Shown here: in pieces, positions 30,591 through 40,736 of the stretch
Layout: each line of letters begins with the position of its first letter
Numbering within the stretch: the first letter of the stretch is position 1
Source of the DNA: Gemmatimonadales bacterium
Lineage (GTDB): Bacteria > Gemmatimonadota > Gemmatimonadetes > Gemmatimonadales > GWC2-71-9
Direction: 5' to 3'
NCBI GenBank assembly: GCA_041390145.1
Contig: JAWKQM010000006.1
Location: 103,585 to 167,584, forward strand
DNA: 64,000 nt
Position numbers and translations under genes: made by a program
Notes under the pieces: generated by a model
The model's input: the letters and a program-made list of their open reading frames with translations, nothing else
Told to the model about the DNA's origin: nothing
The model's database searches: none

Positions 30591-32224
30591 GCGACGCGCT
30601 GCGGGAGGCGCTGGCCCGCGTGGCCGCGGAGCTGGGTGCGGCTGACGCCGAATTTGTGCTGGAGCGCCCGAAGGATGCCGGCCACGGTGACCTCGCCACG
30701 AACCTCGCCATGGTGCTCGCCCGGGTGCAGAAGACCTCCCCCCGCGCGGTCGCCTCGCGGATCCTCGAATCGCTCACATTGCCCGACGGGATTATCGAGA
30801 AGACCGAGATTGCCGGCCCCGGCTTCATCAACTTCTGGCTCGCCACCGACGAACTTGCCGCCGCGCTCCATGCCATCATTGAGGCCGGCGATCGGTATGG
30901 TGCGCACGACTACGGCAAGGGGACGCGGGTCAACGTCGAGTTCGTCTCGGTCAATCCCACGGGGCCGCTGCACGTCGGGCACGGGCGGGGCGGGGCGCTG
31001 GGTGACGCTGTCTCCTCCCTGCTGGAATGGACCGGGCACGAAGTCACGCGGGAGTTCTACCTCAACGACGCCGGGGTCCAGATCGATCGCCTGGCCCAGA
31101 GCCTCTGGGCGCGCGTGCAGGAGGCGGTGGGCCGGTCCGCCACGATTCCCGAGGGAGGCTACCACGGGGAGTACCTGCGCGGCGACGCCGCCCGGCTCCT
31201 CGAGCGGGAGGGCACGGCGTTCGCCGACCTGCCCGAGGATGAGGGCGTGCGGCGTTGCCGGGTGCTCGCGGTGCAGATGCAGCGGGCGACGCAGGACGAA
31301 GACCTGGCGAGCTTCGGGGTGCACTTCGACCTGATCTCCTCCGAACAGGCCATCTACGACCGCGGGGCGATTGGCGAGACGCTCGCGCTCCTGGACGGAC
31401 GCGGGCTGACCTTCGAGCGCGACGGCGCCCTCTGGCTGCGAACCACCGACTTCGGCGACGACCAGGACCGGGTGCTTCGCAAGAGCGACGGCACCTACAC
31501 CTACTTCCTTCCCGACATCGCCTACCATGTCGACAAGCATGACCGGGGGTTCGACCGGGTGATCGACGTCTGGGGTGCGGATCACCACGGGTACGTCCCG
31601 CGGGTCCGGGCCGCGATGCGGGCGCTCGGGTATCCCGACGAATTCTTCCACGTCTCCATCGTCCAGCTCGTGAAGGTGCTGCGCGGAGGCGAAGAGGTGA
31701 AGATGTCGAAGCGCTCGGGGGAGTTCATCACCCTGCGCGACCTGATCGACGAGACGGGGCCGGACGCCGCGCGCTACTTCTTCCTGATGCGCCGCGGGGA
31801 CTCGCAACTCAACTTCGACCTCGACCTGGCCACCAGCCAGAGCGACGAGAATCCGGTCTTCTACGTGCAGATGGCGCACGCCCGGGTGAGCGGCATCTTC
31901 CGGGTGGCGGAGGTCGATCCGGACACCGTCAGTGCCGATGTCCAGCTCGACGCGCTGCCCGCACCCGAGGACCGCGAACTGCTCAAGAAGCTGACGGCGT
32001 TTCCCGAGGTGACCGCCCGCGCCGCGCGGGAACTGGAGCCGCACCGCCTGACCGGCTACCTCGAGGAACTCGCCCGCCTCACCCACGGCTGGTATCACAA
32101 GTGCCGCGTCCTCGGCGAACCGCCCGAGGTGGAGCGCGCCCGGCTGGCGCTGGCCCGCGCCACGCGCATCGTCCTGGCCAACGGCCTCACTCTTCTCGGC
32201 CTCACGGCCCCCGACCGGATGTGA
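30587..32224 (+). CDS. argS: arginine--tRNA ligase
   Basis: ORF 30242..32224 is trimmed to the GTG at 30587. Motifs: HGDLATN N-terminal domain, SVNPTGPLHVGHGRG (HIGH), MSKRSG (KMSKS), C-terminal DALR anticodon-binding domain. Confidence 0.93.
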   Translation: MSDALREALARVAAELGAADAEFVLERPKDAGHGDLATNLAMVLARVQKTSPRAVASRILESLTLPDGIIEKTEIAGPGFINFWLATDELAAALHAIIEAGDRYGAHDYGKGTRVNVEFVSVNPTGPLHVGHGRGGALGDAVSSLLEWTGHEVTREFYLNDAGVQIDRLAQSLWARVQEAVGRSATIPEGGYHGEYLRGDAARLLEREGTAFADLPEDEGVRRCRVLAVQMQRATQDEDLASFGVHFDLISSEQAIYDRGAIGETLALLDGRGLTFERDGALWLRTTDFGDDQDRVLRKSDGTYTYFLPDIAYHVDKHDRGFDRVIDVWGADHHGYVPRVRAAMRALGYPDEFFHVSIVQLVKVLRGGEEVKMSKRSGEFITLRDLIDETGPDAARYFFLMRRGDSQLNFDLDLATSQSDENPVFYVQMAHARVSGIFRVAEVDPDTVSADVQLDALPAPEDRELLKKLTAFPEVTARAARELEPHRLTGYLEELARLTHGWYHKCRVLGEPPEVERARLALARATRIVLANGLTLLGLTAPDRM

Positions 32225-32228
32225 TCTG

Positions 32229-33149
32229 ATGACCCTGATGGTGGTTGGCAGCGTCGCCCTCGACTCGATCCACACCCCCTTCGGCGAGACCGCCGATGCG
32301 CTCGGCGGTTCCGCCGTCTACTTCAGCGTTGCGGGGTCGCTGATGCACCGGGTGCACGTCGTCGGGGTGGTCGGCGACGACTACCCGGTCGCCGAGCTCG
32401 ACCGGCTCGCGCCGCGCGGAATCGACTGGAGTGGTGTCGAGCGGGCCAAAGGCGAGAGCTTCCGGTGGAAGGGGAAGTATTCCTACGACCTGCAGAGCCG
32501 GGAGACCCTCGAGACCAGGCTCGGCGTCTTCGCCGAATTTCAGCCCAAGATTCCGGCGGCGCTCCGCGCGGCAAAGTTCGTGTTCCTCGGCAATATCGAC
32601 CCGGTGCTCCAGAACGGCGTGCTGGACCAGGTCACGTCGCCGACGCTCGTGGTCTGCGACACGATGAACTACTGGATCCAGAGCAGCAAGCCGGAGTTGA
32701 TGAAGTTGCTCCAGCGCGTGGACATCCTCATGGTCAATGACGGGGAGGCCCGCGAACTGTCGGGCGACTGGAACATCCACCGCGCGGGGCGCTGGATCCT
32801 GGCCCACGGACCGAAACGCGTCGTCATCAAGCAGGGCGAGTTCGGCGCGCTCCTCATCGAGCCCGGCCGGACGTTCTATGCGCCGGCCTTCCCGCTCGAG
32901 GAGGTGTTTGACCCGACCGGCGCCGGCGACGCCTTCGCCGGCGGATTCATGGGGTACCTGGCCCGGGCCGGCAGCGCGGACGGCGAGCAGCTGCGGCGCG
33001 CCATGATCTACGGCGCGGCCATGGGGTCGTTCGCGGTCTCCCAATTCGGCATCAAGGGCTTCGACGGGGTGACGACCGTGGACGTCGAGAAGCGGGTGCG
33101 GGCCTTCTATGACCTCACCCATGTGGCGCAGGCGGAGCGGGTCCCGTGA
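32229..33149 (+). CDS. PfkB-family carbohydrate/nucleoside kinase
   Basis: 306 aa. Ribokinase-fold motifs GGSAVY and DPTGAGDAFAGGF. Substrate not inferable from sequence. Confidence 0.8.
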   Translation: MTLMVVGSVALDSIHTPFGETADALGGSAVYFSVAGSLMHRVHVVGVVGDDYPVAELDRLAPRGIDWSGVERAKGESFRWKGKYSYDLQSRETLETRLGVFAEFQPKIPAALRAAKFVFLGNIDPVLQNGVLDQVTSPTLVVCDTMNYWIQSSKPELMKLLQRVDILMVNDGEARELSGDWNIHRAGRWILAHGPKRVVIKQGEFGALLIEPGRTFYAPAFPLEEVFDPTGAGDAFAGGFMGYLARAGSADGEQLRRAMIYGAAMGSFAVSQFGIKGFDGVTTVDVEKRVRAFYDLTHVAQAERVP

Positions 33150-34183
33150 CGCAGCCCGGCGAATCGCGCCAGTACGCCGCTGCGGGCGTCAACCTCGCCG
33201 ACGCGGAATCCGCGAAGGCACGGATCGGGCGCCTCGTCGCGGGCACGCGCACACCGCTGACCGCCGGCCGGGTCGGTGCCTTTGGCGGCATGGTCCGGAT
33301 TCCCCCTGGGATGCGGAACCCGACGCTGGTCATGAGCACCGACGGCGTTGGCACCAAGGTCCTGGTGGCCCAGCAGGCGGGGCGCTTCGACACCGTCGGC
33401 GAGTGCCTCGTCAATCACAGCGTCAATGACATCCTGGTCCACGGCGCCCGCCCGCTGGCCTTCATGGACTACATCGCCGGTGCGGGACTCGGCATCGAGA
33501 TGCTCGCCGACATCGTCGAGGGCGTGGCCCGGGGGTGCCGGGCGCACGGGATGGATCTCGCCGGCGGGGAGACGGCGCAGATGCCGGGACTCTATGCCCA
33601 CGGGCACTTCGACCTGGCCGGCACGATCGTCGGCGTGGTCGAGGAGGACGCAGCGCTGCATGGCGACGCCGTCGTGCCCGGCGATGTGCTTCTCGGGTAT
33701 GCGTCCAGCGGGCTCCACACCAACGGCTACACCCTGGCGCGCAAGATCGCGTCGGAGGACCTCGGGCTTGGGATCACCGACGAGTGGCCCGGTCTGGGGC
33801 AGTCCGTGGCGGACGCCTTCCTTGCGGTCCACCGCAGCTACGCCAAGGCCGTCACGCCAGTCCTCGACCGGATGCATGCGCTGGCCCACATTACTGGTGG
33901 CGGGATCCCCGGCAACCTCATCCGGGTACTTCCGGCAGGCTGCGAGGCGGTGGTGGAGACCGCCAGCTGGGAATGGCCCTCGATCTTCCGGTTCATGCAG
34001 GCGGCCGGCAAGGTCTCCACCGACGAGATGCGCGATGTCTTCAACCTCGGCGCGGGCCTGATTGCCGTCTTGCCGGCGGACGCCGTTGCGGCGGCGGAAG
34101 CGGCGGCAGCGGCTGACGGCGTGAAGACCTGGGTGATGGGACATGTCGAGGCCGGTCCCCAGGGCGTCCGGTTCACGAGCTGA
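33146..34183 (+). CDS. purM: phosphoribosylformylglycinamidine cyclo-ligase (AIR synthetase)
   Basis: 345 aa. Motifs: DGVGTKV, NDILVHGARPLAFMDY, HITGGG. Confidence 0.95.
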   Translation: MTQPGESRQYAAAGVNLADAESAKARIGRLVAGTRTPLTAGRVGAFGGMVRIPPGMRNPTLVMSTDGVGTKVLVAQQAGRFDTVGECLVNHSVNDILVHGARPLAFMDYIAGAGLGIEMLADIVEGVARGCRAHGMDLAGGETAQMPGLYAHGHFDLAGTIVGVVEEDAALHGDAVVPGDVLLGYASSGLHTNGYTLARKIASEDLGLGITDEWPGLGQSVADAFLAVHRSYAKAVTPVLDRMHALAHITGGGIPGNLIRVLPAGCEAVVETASWEWPSIFRFMQAAGKVSTDEMRDVFNLGAGLIAVLPADAVAAAEAAAAADGVKTWVMGHVEAGPQGVRFTS

Positions 34184-34201
34184 GCGGAAAGTCAGGCTGA
34201 C

Positions 34202-35278
34202 GTGACCGAGGCCGCCGCGATGGATCGTGCGATCGAACTCGCCTGGCGCGGCTGGGGGTGTGTGCACCCGAACCCGCTGGTGGGCGCCGTGCTGCTCGAT
34301 GCCGCGGGCGAGGTGGCGGGGGAGGGTTGGCACGCGGAGTTCGGGGGGCCGCACGCGGAGCGCGCGGCCCTAGCGGTGGCCGGCGAGCGGGCCCGGGGTG
34401 GCACACTTGTCGTGTCGCTGGAGCCATGCTCCCACCACGGCAAGCAGCCGCCCTGCACTGAGGCGATCCTGTCCGCCGGCGTCGCGCGCGTCGTCTATGC
34501 ACTGGAGGATCCCAACCCCGACGCCGGTGGGGGGGCGGAGGTCCTTCGGGCGGCAGGCCTGACCGTTGAGGGAGGCGTCGGCCGGGCGACGGCGGCGGCG
34601 CAAAACGCCGCCTTCCTCGCCCGCTGGCGTGGTGTCGAGCGCCCATGGGTGGCGCTGAAACTGGCGACGTCGCTCGATGGCCGCATCGCGGACCGCTTTG
34701 GGCGGTCGCGCTGGATTTCCGGCGAGGAAGCGCGGGACTACGTGCACTGGCTCCGGGCGGGAATGGACGCCATCGGCGTCGGTGGCGCGACCGCCCGAGT
34801 GGACGATCCGTCCCTGACGGTGCGCGGCGCGATTGAACCGCGGACCGCGCCGCTTCGCGTCATCTTTGACCAGACCGGGAACCTGCCGACCTCACTCGAG
34901 GTGTTGCGGACGGCGCCGGAGCTGCCGACCACGGTTGTTGTCGGCCCCCTGCTGTCCAGTGAGCGGGCGGATGCCATCGAGGCGACCGGCGCCCGGCTGC
35001 TGCGCACCAGCGGTCTGCAGCATGGGCTCCACGAGCTCGGCCGGCTGGGCGTCGGCTCGCTGCTGGTCGAGGGGGGTGGGCAGCTGGCGGGGGCCTTGCT
35101 TCGGGAGGGATTGGTGGACCGTTACTACTGGATCCAGAGTCCCATCTGGCTTGGCGACGGGGCCGTGCCCGCTGTCGCCGGGCTGCCGGGGATCGAGCTC
35201 GCCACGGTGGACCGCTGGGAAGTCGTGGAGCGTCGGGTGCTGGGTGCCGACACCTTGCTGGTGACGGACCGGGGCTGA
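34202..35278 (+). CDS. ribD: bifunctional diaminohydroxyphosphoribosylaminopyrimidine deaminase / 5-amino-6-(5-phosphoribosylamino)uracil reductase
   Basis: GTG start. Deaminase zinc motifs HAE and PCSHHGKQPPC. Reductase half includes KLATSLDGRIA. Confidence 0.93.
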   Translation: MTEAAAMDRAIELAWRGWGCVHPNPLVGAVLLDAAGEVAGEGWHAEFGGPHAERAALAVAGERARGGTLVVSLEPCSHHGKQPPCTEAILSAGVARVVYALEDPNPDAGGGAEVLRAAGLTVEGGVGRATAAAQNAAFLARWRGVERPWVALKLATSLDGRIADRFGRSRWISGEEARDYVHWLRAGMDAIGVGGATARVDDPSLTVRGAIEPRTAPLRVIFDQTGNLPTSLEVLRTAPELPTTVVVGPLLSSERADAIEATGARLLRTSGLQHGLHELGRLGVGSLLVEGGGQLAGALLREGLVDRYYWIQSPIWLGDGAVPAVAGLPGIELATVDRWEVVERRVLGADTLLVTDRG

Positions 35279-35877
35279 TGTTCACCGGCCTGGTCACCGC
35301 CGTTGGCACGATCCAATCCGCCCGGGCCAAGGACGGCGGGCGCGTCCTCACCATCCGTGCGCCATGGCGGGGGCTCGCCTTGGGAGAAAGTATCGCGGTG
35401 GACGGGGCCTGCCTTACCGTGGCACAGCGTTTGAAGGGCGCATTCGCGGTGCATGTCATCGCCACCAGCCTTGAGCGCACCGGCTTCGGGGACTATCGCG
35501 CCGGCCGGCGGGTCAACCTCGAGCGGGCCCTGCGTGCCGGTGACCGTCTTGGCGGGCATCTCGTGCAGGGGCATGTGGACGGGGTCGGCACGGTACGCCG
35601 CCTCACGCGGAAGGCCGACGCCCTGCTGATGGACATCACCGTGCCGAAGGCGGTTGCCGAGGCGTCAATTCCGCTCGGTTCGATTACGGTGGACGGCGTC
35701 AGCCTGACGGTCAACGCGCTGCGGGGGCGGCACATCGTCCAGGTATCGCTGATACCATTTACCTTGCAGCATACCACCCTTGGCGAGCGCCAGGTCGGCG
35801 ACCGGGTCCATCTCGAGGGCGACACCATCGGCAAATATGTGGCGGCGTGGCTGTCGCGCCGCGGAAAGCACATCTGA
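35278..35877 (+). CDS. ribE: riboflavin synthase (alpha chain)
   Basis: 199 aa. N-terminus MFTGLV with an internal lumazine-binding repeat ([13 protein letters not shown] / [12 protein letters not shown]). Confidence 0.92.
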   Translation: MFTGLVTAVGTIQSARAKDGGRVLTIRAPWRGLALGESIAVDGACLTVAQRLKGAFAVHVIATSLERTGFGDYRAGRRVNLERALRAGDRLGGHLVQGHVDGVGTVRRLTRKADALLMDITVPKAVAEASIPLGSITVDGVSLTVNALRGRHIVQVSLIPFTLQHTTLGERQVGDRVHLEGDTIGKYVAAWLSRRGKHI

Positions 35878-37079
35878 TGTTTGCAAAGATCGAGCAGGCG
35901 ATTGAGGACCTGCGCAACGGCAAGATCGTCATCGTGGCGGACGACGAGAACCGCGAGAACGAGGGCGACCTCGTCTGCGCCGCGGAGCTCGTCACGCCGG
36001 AGATGGTCAATTTCATGGCGTTGCACGGTCGGGGACTCATCTGCCTGGCTCTCACCGGCGAGCGGTGCGACCAGCTGGGCCTTCCCCAGATGGCGGAACA
36101 CAACACCGAAGCCTTGAGCACGGCCTTTACGGTCAGCATCGACGCCGAGCGCCGCTTCGGCGTCACCACCGGTATTTCGGCGGCCGACCGCGCGGCCACG
36201 ATCCATGTGGCCATCAACCCGGCCACTGTCCCGGCAGACTTGCGGCGCCCGGGGCACATCTTCCCGCTGCGCGCCCGTCCGGGTGGCGTGCTGCAGCGGG
36301 TCGGCCAGACGGAGGCGAGCGTCGATCTCGCACGCTTGGCGGGGCTCGCACCCGCGGGCGTCATCTGCGAGATCCTCAATGTGGACGGCACCATGGCGCG
36401 CCGCCCCGAGTTGGAGGTGTTCGCGGAGCAGCACAAACTCACCTACGTCACCGTGGCCGATCTCGTGGCCTACCGGCTCCAGAAGGAGCGGCTGGTGCAC
36501 CGGGTGGCCACCGCCCGACTGCCCACCGAATTCGGGGAGTTCCGCGTCATCGGGTACCGCAACGATGTGGACGACGCCGAACACGTCGCGCTGGTGCACG
36601 GCGAGGTGGAGGGGGCGTCGAACGTGCTGGTGCGCATGCACTCCAAGTGCCTGACCGGCGATGTCTTCGGTTCCCGGCGCTGTGACTGCGGAGCGCAGCT
36701 CCACGCGGCGATGCGCCAGGTCGTTTCGGCCGGCGCCGGGGTCATCGTTTACCTCGACCAGGAAGGGCGGGGCATCGGTCTCCTGAACAAGCTGCGGGCC
36801 TACGCGCTGCAGGACGGGGGCGACGACACCGTCGAGGCCAATGAACGCCTCGGGTTCGCCCCGGATCTCCGGAACTACGGCATCGGCGCGCAAATCCTTC
36901 GCGACCTCGGCCTGACCACCATTCGCATCCTCACCAACAACCCGCGCAAGCTGGTGGGGGTCGAGGGGTACGGGCTCGAGATCACCGAACGGGTGCCGTT
37001 GCTGATCGACCACACCCGTGAGAACACCGACTATCTCGCCACCAAGCGCGACAAGCTCGGCCACCTTCTGGCCCACTGA
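35877..37079 (+). CDS. ribBA: bifunctional 3,4-dihydroxy-2-butanone-4-phosphate synthase / GTP cyclohydrolase II
   Basis: ORF 35847..37079 is trimmed to the ATG at 35877. DHBP motif [16 protein letters not shown] zinc motif [15 protein letters not shown]. Confidence 0.95.
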   Translation: MFAKIEQAIEDLRNGKIVIVADDENRENEGDLVCAAELVTPEMVNFMALHGRGLICLALTGERCDQLGLPQMAEHNTEALSTAFTVSIDAERRFGVTTGISAADRAATIHVAINPATVPADLRRPGHIFPLRARPGGVLQRVGQTEASVDLARLAGLAPAGVICEILNVDGTMARRPELEVFAEQHKLTYVTVADLVAYRLQKERLVHRVATARLPTEFGEFRVIGYRNDVDDAEHVALVHGEVEGASNVLVRMHSKCLTGDVFGSRRCDCGAQLHAAMRQVVSAGAGVIVYLDQEGRGIGLLNKLRAYALQDGGDDTVEANERLGFAPDLRNYGIGAQILRDLGLTTIRILTNNPRKLVGVEGYGLEITERVPLLIDHTRENTDYLATKRDKLGHLLAH

Positions 37080-37085
37080 GCCTCC

Positions 37086-37565
37086 ATGCCTGAATACACC
37101 GGTCGACTCGGCCCGGTTGGCCGCATTGCCATCCTGGTGAGCCGCTACAACGAGCTCGTGACGAGCCGCCTCCTGGAGGGGGCCCGTCACTGCTGCCGCG
37201 ACGCCCGGATCGCCGACCGGCATGTGGACATTTTCTGGGTCTCCGGCGCGTTCGAACTGCCGATGCTCGCGGAAGAGCTCGCCCGCACCGGACAGTACGC
37301 CTGCCTCGTGGCCCTCGGCGCCGTGGTGCGTGGCGGGACACCCCACTTCGAGTTCGTCGCCGGCGAAACCACCCGCGGACTCGGCACCATCGCCCGGACC
37401 CATGTCCTGCCGATCGGGTTCGGCCTGCTGACCGTGGACACCATGGATCAGGCGCTCGAGCGGGCGGGGGGCGCCGCCGGGAACAAGGGATACGAAGCCG
37501 CCGAGGCGGCCATCACCGCTGCGGACGCCCTGGCCCGGATCAGGAGAGCCGATGCTCCGACCTGA
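37086..37565 (+). CDS. ribH: 6,7-dimethyl-8-ribityllumazine synthase
   Basis: 159 aa. Motifs: VSGAFELP, GAVVRGGTPHFEFV. Confidence 0.95.
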   Translation: MPEYTGRLGPVGRIAILVSRYNELVTSRLLEGARHCCRDARIADRHVDIFWVSGAFELPMLAEELARTGQYACLVALGAVVRGGTPHFEFVAGETTRGLGTIARTHVLPIGFGLLTVDTMDQALERAGGAAGNKGYEAAEAAITAADALARIRRADAPT

Positions 37566-37959
37566 GACGCGCGCCCGGGCGCGTGCGCTTCAACTGCTCT
37601 ACGCCTGCGAACTGACCGGCACCGACCCCGCGGCCGCGATGCAGGGCCTGGCACGGCTCACCGGACCGGAGCGGGCCCTCGATGGGGCGGAACTGCTGGC
37701 CAGCGGAGTCGTGGCCAACCAGGAGTCACTGGATCGACGCATCCGTGCTGCCGCGGACAACTGGCGTGTCGAGCGCATCGGTGTCGTGGAGCGCATCATC
37801 CTGCGACTCGGCATCCACGAACTGGAGCTGGGGGAGACGCCGCCCAAGGTCGTGATCGACGAGGCCATCCGGTTGGCGCAGTGGTTTGGCGGACCGAAGA
37901 CGCCGGCGTTCGTCAACGGGGTGCTCGACCGGATCGCGCACTCGCTCGGCCGGTTGTGA
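37552..37959 (+). CDS. nusB: transcription antitermination factor NusB
   Basis: 135 aa. Motifs: RARALQLLY, ERIILRLGIHEL, INEAI-like DEAIRLA, FVNGVLD. Follows ribH, as in many rib operons. Confidence 0.9.
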   Translation: MLRPETRARARALQLLYACELTGTDPAAAMQGLARLTGPERALDGAELLASGVVANQESLDRRIRAAADNWRVERIGVVERIILRLGIHELELGETPPKVVIDEAIRLAQWFGGPKTPAFVNGVLDRIAHSLGRL

Positions 37960-39065
37960 ACCTCCTCGTCGTCAACTGGCTCGACCGGCTCAACCCCCTC
38001 GCGGGCGGGGCGGAGATCCACCTCTTCGAGATCTTCCGGCGGATCGCGGACCGGGGACACCGGGTACGCCTGATCTGTTCCGGCTGGCCGGGCTGCGCGC
38101 CGACCGAGGTCGTGGACGGCATCGAGGTCACGCGGGTGGCCGGCAGAAACTCCTTTGCGCTCGCGGCACGGGGTGCGGTGCGCCGGGCCCTGGCCGCGGA
38201 ATTGCCCGACGTCGTGGTGGAGGACATCAACAAGCTGCCCCTCTTTCCTTGCGGGGCTCACTGACCGTCCATTCTTGCGTCCTGGTCCCGCACCTTCGGC
38301 ACCACCGCCTTCCAGGAAGCGCCGTGGCCGATGGCGGCCACGGTCTGGCTCGCAGAACGGCCGATTCCATGGGGATATCGACGGGCGGGGTTCGAGGCGA
38401 TCAGCGAGAGCACCCGTGACGACCTGATCGCGCGCGGCGTGCCGGCGGAGCGGATCCGGGTCATTCATCCTGGTGTGGACGCCGAGCTGTTCCACCCCGA
38501 TCCCGGAGTGCGCCGCACGAGCCCGCCCTCGTTCCTGTACGTGGGGCGGCTCAAGCGTTACAAGGGCGTGGACCTGGCCGTGCGCGCGTTGGCCGTCGCG
38601 CGGAAGACGCGCCCGGAGCTGACGCTCGACATCGCGGGGTCGGGGGACGACCGCCCGCGGCTGGAGGCGCTCGCCGCAGAGCTGGGACTCACCGGGGCGG
38701 TTCGATTTCACGGATTCGTCTCGGAGGAGCGGAAGCTGGAACTGCTCCGGCGCACTTGGGCCAACCTCTTCCCTTCGCCGAAGGAGGGGTGGGGTATTAC
38801 CGTTGTGGAGGCGGCAGCGTGCGGGACCCCCTCGCTGGCCTCGGACAGTCCCGGTCTCCGGGACTCTGTGCGGCCGGGAGAGACCGGGTATCTGGTCCCC
38901 CACGGGGATCCCGCCGCGCTCGCCGCCCGAATGCTGGACCTGGCGGCAAATCCGGCCCTTGTCGAGCAGTTGGGCATGGCCGGCCGCCGGTTTGCCGAAT
39001 CTCATTCCTGGGAGCGTGCGGCCGATCTCACTGAGTCCCACCTCCGGGAACTCGCCGGCCGCTGA
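37956..39065 (+). pseudogene. GT4-family glycosyltransferase with interrupted reading frame (in-frame TGA at 38262-38264; pseudogene or local assembly error)
   Basis: The N-terminal part 37956..38264 (GGAEIHLFEIF.., EDINKLPLF) and the C-terminal part from 38295 (FGTTAFQEAPWP.., YVGRLKRYKG, EGWGITVVEAAACGTP) are in the same frame, separated by a TGA. The intervening 50 nt reads most protein-like in the other two frames. Confidence 0.7.
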
Positions 39066-39089
39066 CCCGTCAACTTCACGGGGGAATGC

Positions 39090-39407
39090 ATGCCCGTCAC
39101 GATCACCGCCCGCCACTGCGAACTGACCGAACTGCTGCGCGAACGCGCCCAGGAGATTGCCGAACGGCTCGAGGCCAGAGCCGGACGGCCGTCCGATGTC
39201 AGCGTGATCTTCGATCTCGAGGCCGGAGTCTCGACCGCGGAGCTTCGATTGCTCGCCTTCGGGCAGGAACCCATTCTCTCCACCGGCCGTGGCGATGACC
39301 ATCGCACTGCGCTCGACCAGGCGGAGGCCCGTCTCCGCCGGCAGCTTGAGAAGCCGGGCACGCGACGGCTCCGCGACCGGAAATCCACCGAACTGGACAA
39401 CGTGTGA
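39090..39407 (+). CDS. hpf: ribosome hibernation promoting factor / sigma-54 modulation protein family (short form)
   Basis: 105 aa. MPVTITARHCELTELLRE... pattern of the RaiA/HPF family. Lies directly upstream of hprK with a GTGA overlap. Confidence 0.8.
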   Translation: MPVTITARHCELTELLRERAQEIAERLEARAGRPSDVSVIFDLEAGVSTAELRLLAFGQEPILSTGRGDDHRTALDQAEARLRRQLEKPGTRRLRDRKSTELDNV

Positions 39408-40369
39408 CCCTCCGTCTGCGCGACCTGGTCGAAGGGAGCGGTGAGGTACTCCAGCTTGAGAGCCTGACCGGAGCCCTTGGCCTGGACCGCTTCCTGCCGG
39501 ACTCCGAGGTGGCAAGCCCGGGCCTGGCGCTGGCGGGGTTCACCAACCGCTTCATCGCGCAGCGCATTCACGTGTTCGGCGAGACCGAGATCACCTACCT
39601 CGGCTCGCTCGATTCCGCGGGGCGCCAGTCGGCGCTCGAGGCGCTCTTCGCGTTCGAACTCCCCGTCATCTTCGTGACCAAGGGACTCGCCGTCCCGGCG
39701 GAGTTGATGGAGCTCGCGGAACGCCGGCAGGTGCCGGTCGTTCGCACGCAGCTCAAGACGGCGGAGTTCTATCGTCGGATCAAGCCGGTGCTGGAAGAGG
39801 CCTTCGCACCCCGGACGACGCTGCACGGCTCCCTGGCGGACGTCTATGGCGTCGGGCTCCTGTTCATCGGCCGCTCCGGCATCGGCAAGAGCGAGTGCGT
39901 CCTCGACCTGGTGGAGCGGGGGCACCGGTTGGTGGCCGACGACGTGGTGCAGGTGTCGCGCCGCGGCAATGGGGTCCTGATCGGCAAGGGGCACGAACTC
40001 GCCCAGCACCACATGGAAATCCGCGGGATCGGTCTGGTGGACATCTCCGCGCTCTTCGGCGTGCGGGCCATTCGGCAGCAGAAGCGCATCGAGGTCGTCG
40101 TGCAGCTCGAGGACTGGGAGCACGCCCAGGAGGCGGAGCGCACCGGGCTGGCGCAGCAGGATGTTGAGATCCTCGACGTGAAGGTCCCCAAGGTGATCGT
40201 CCCGCTGAACCCAGGAAAGAATCTCACGGTGATTTCCGAGGTGGTGGCGATGATGCACCTGCTCCGGTATTCGGGTGTGGACGTGGCTGCGGCGTTCAAT
40301 GAGCGCCTGATCCGGCGGATGAAGGAACAGCGGGGCATCCGCGAGTACCTGCAGGAAGACTATGAGTGA
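39404..40369 (+). CDS. hprK: HPr kinase/phosphorylase
   Basis: 321 aa. Walker A GRSGIGKSE, plus LVADD, MEIRGIGLVD and a C-terminal K3 loop region. Confidence 0.92.
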   Translation: MTLRLRDLVEGSGEVLQLESLTGALGLDRFLPDSEVASPGLALAGFTNRFIAQRIHVFGETEITYLGSLDSAGRQSALEALFAFELPVIFVTKGLAVPAELMELAERRQVPVVRTQLKTAEFYRRIKPVLEEAFAPRTTLHGSLADVYGVGLLFIGRSGIGKSECVLDLVERGHRLVADDVVQVSRRGNGVLIGKGHELAQHHMEIRGIGLVDISALFGVRAIRQQKRIEVVVQLEDWEHAQEAERTGLAQQDVEILDVKVPKVIVPLNPGKNLTVISEVVAMMHLLRYSGVDVAAAFNERLIRRMKEQRGIREYLQEDYE

Positions 40370-40736
40370 GGCGCTGCGCGGGGTCGTGGTGTGTCACGGC
40401 GCGCTGGCGGCAGCGCTGGTCACCGCCGCGGAGCAGATCACCGGCCTGACCGGGCGGTTGGTACCGGTCTCGAACACCGGCTGCGATCCCGCCACCATCG
40501 AGGCGCGCATCGCCGAGGCCATCGGCGGGGTGCCGGCGATGGTCTTCGTGGACATGCCGAGCGGCTCCTGCCTCTTTGCCGCGATGCACCGGCTCCGCGA
40601 GGAGCCCCACGTGAAGGTCGTCACCGGGGTGAACCTCGCGATGCTGATCGATTTTTCGTTTCATGTCGAGGAGACGCCGGAGGAAGCGGCCGCGCGCGCC
40701 GTGGCCACCGGCGAGCGGGCCATCAAGGCGCCCTGA
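40362..40736 (+). CDS. PTS mannose-family EIIA component
   Basis: 124 aa. N-terminal VVVCHG carries the phospho-histidine context. EIIA-Man-like length and pattern. Confidence 0.8.
   Translation: MSEALRGVVVCHGALAAALVTAAEQITGLTGRLVPVSNTGCDPATIEARIAEAIGGVPAMVFVDMPSGSCLFAAMHRLREEPHVKVVTGVNLAMLIDFSFHVEETPEEAAARAVATGERAIKAP

Noticed and set aside
34184-34201. An FMN riboswitch was expected upstream of ribD-ribE-ribBA-ribH.
   Set aside because: Only 18 nt separate purM from ribD, and purM overlaps the PfkB gene upstream. There is no room for an RFN element of about 130 nt, and I saw no RFN-like conserved core anywhere nearby.
38262-38264. The in-frame TGA in the GT4 glycosyltransferase as a selenocysteine codon (selB is present in the window).
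   Set aside because: No SECIS-like stem-loop lies within about 10-40 nt downstream; the nearest decent hairpin, GTGGCC-N6-GGCCAC, is about 66 nt away. GT4 enzymes are not known selenoproteins. The surrounding 50 nt looks frame-scrambled, which favours indels or a pseudogene.
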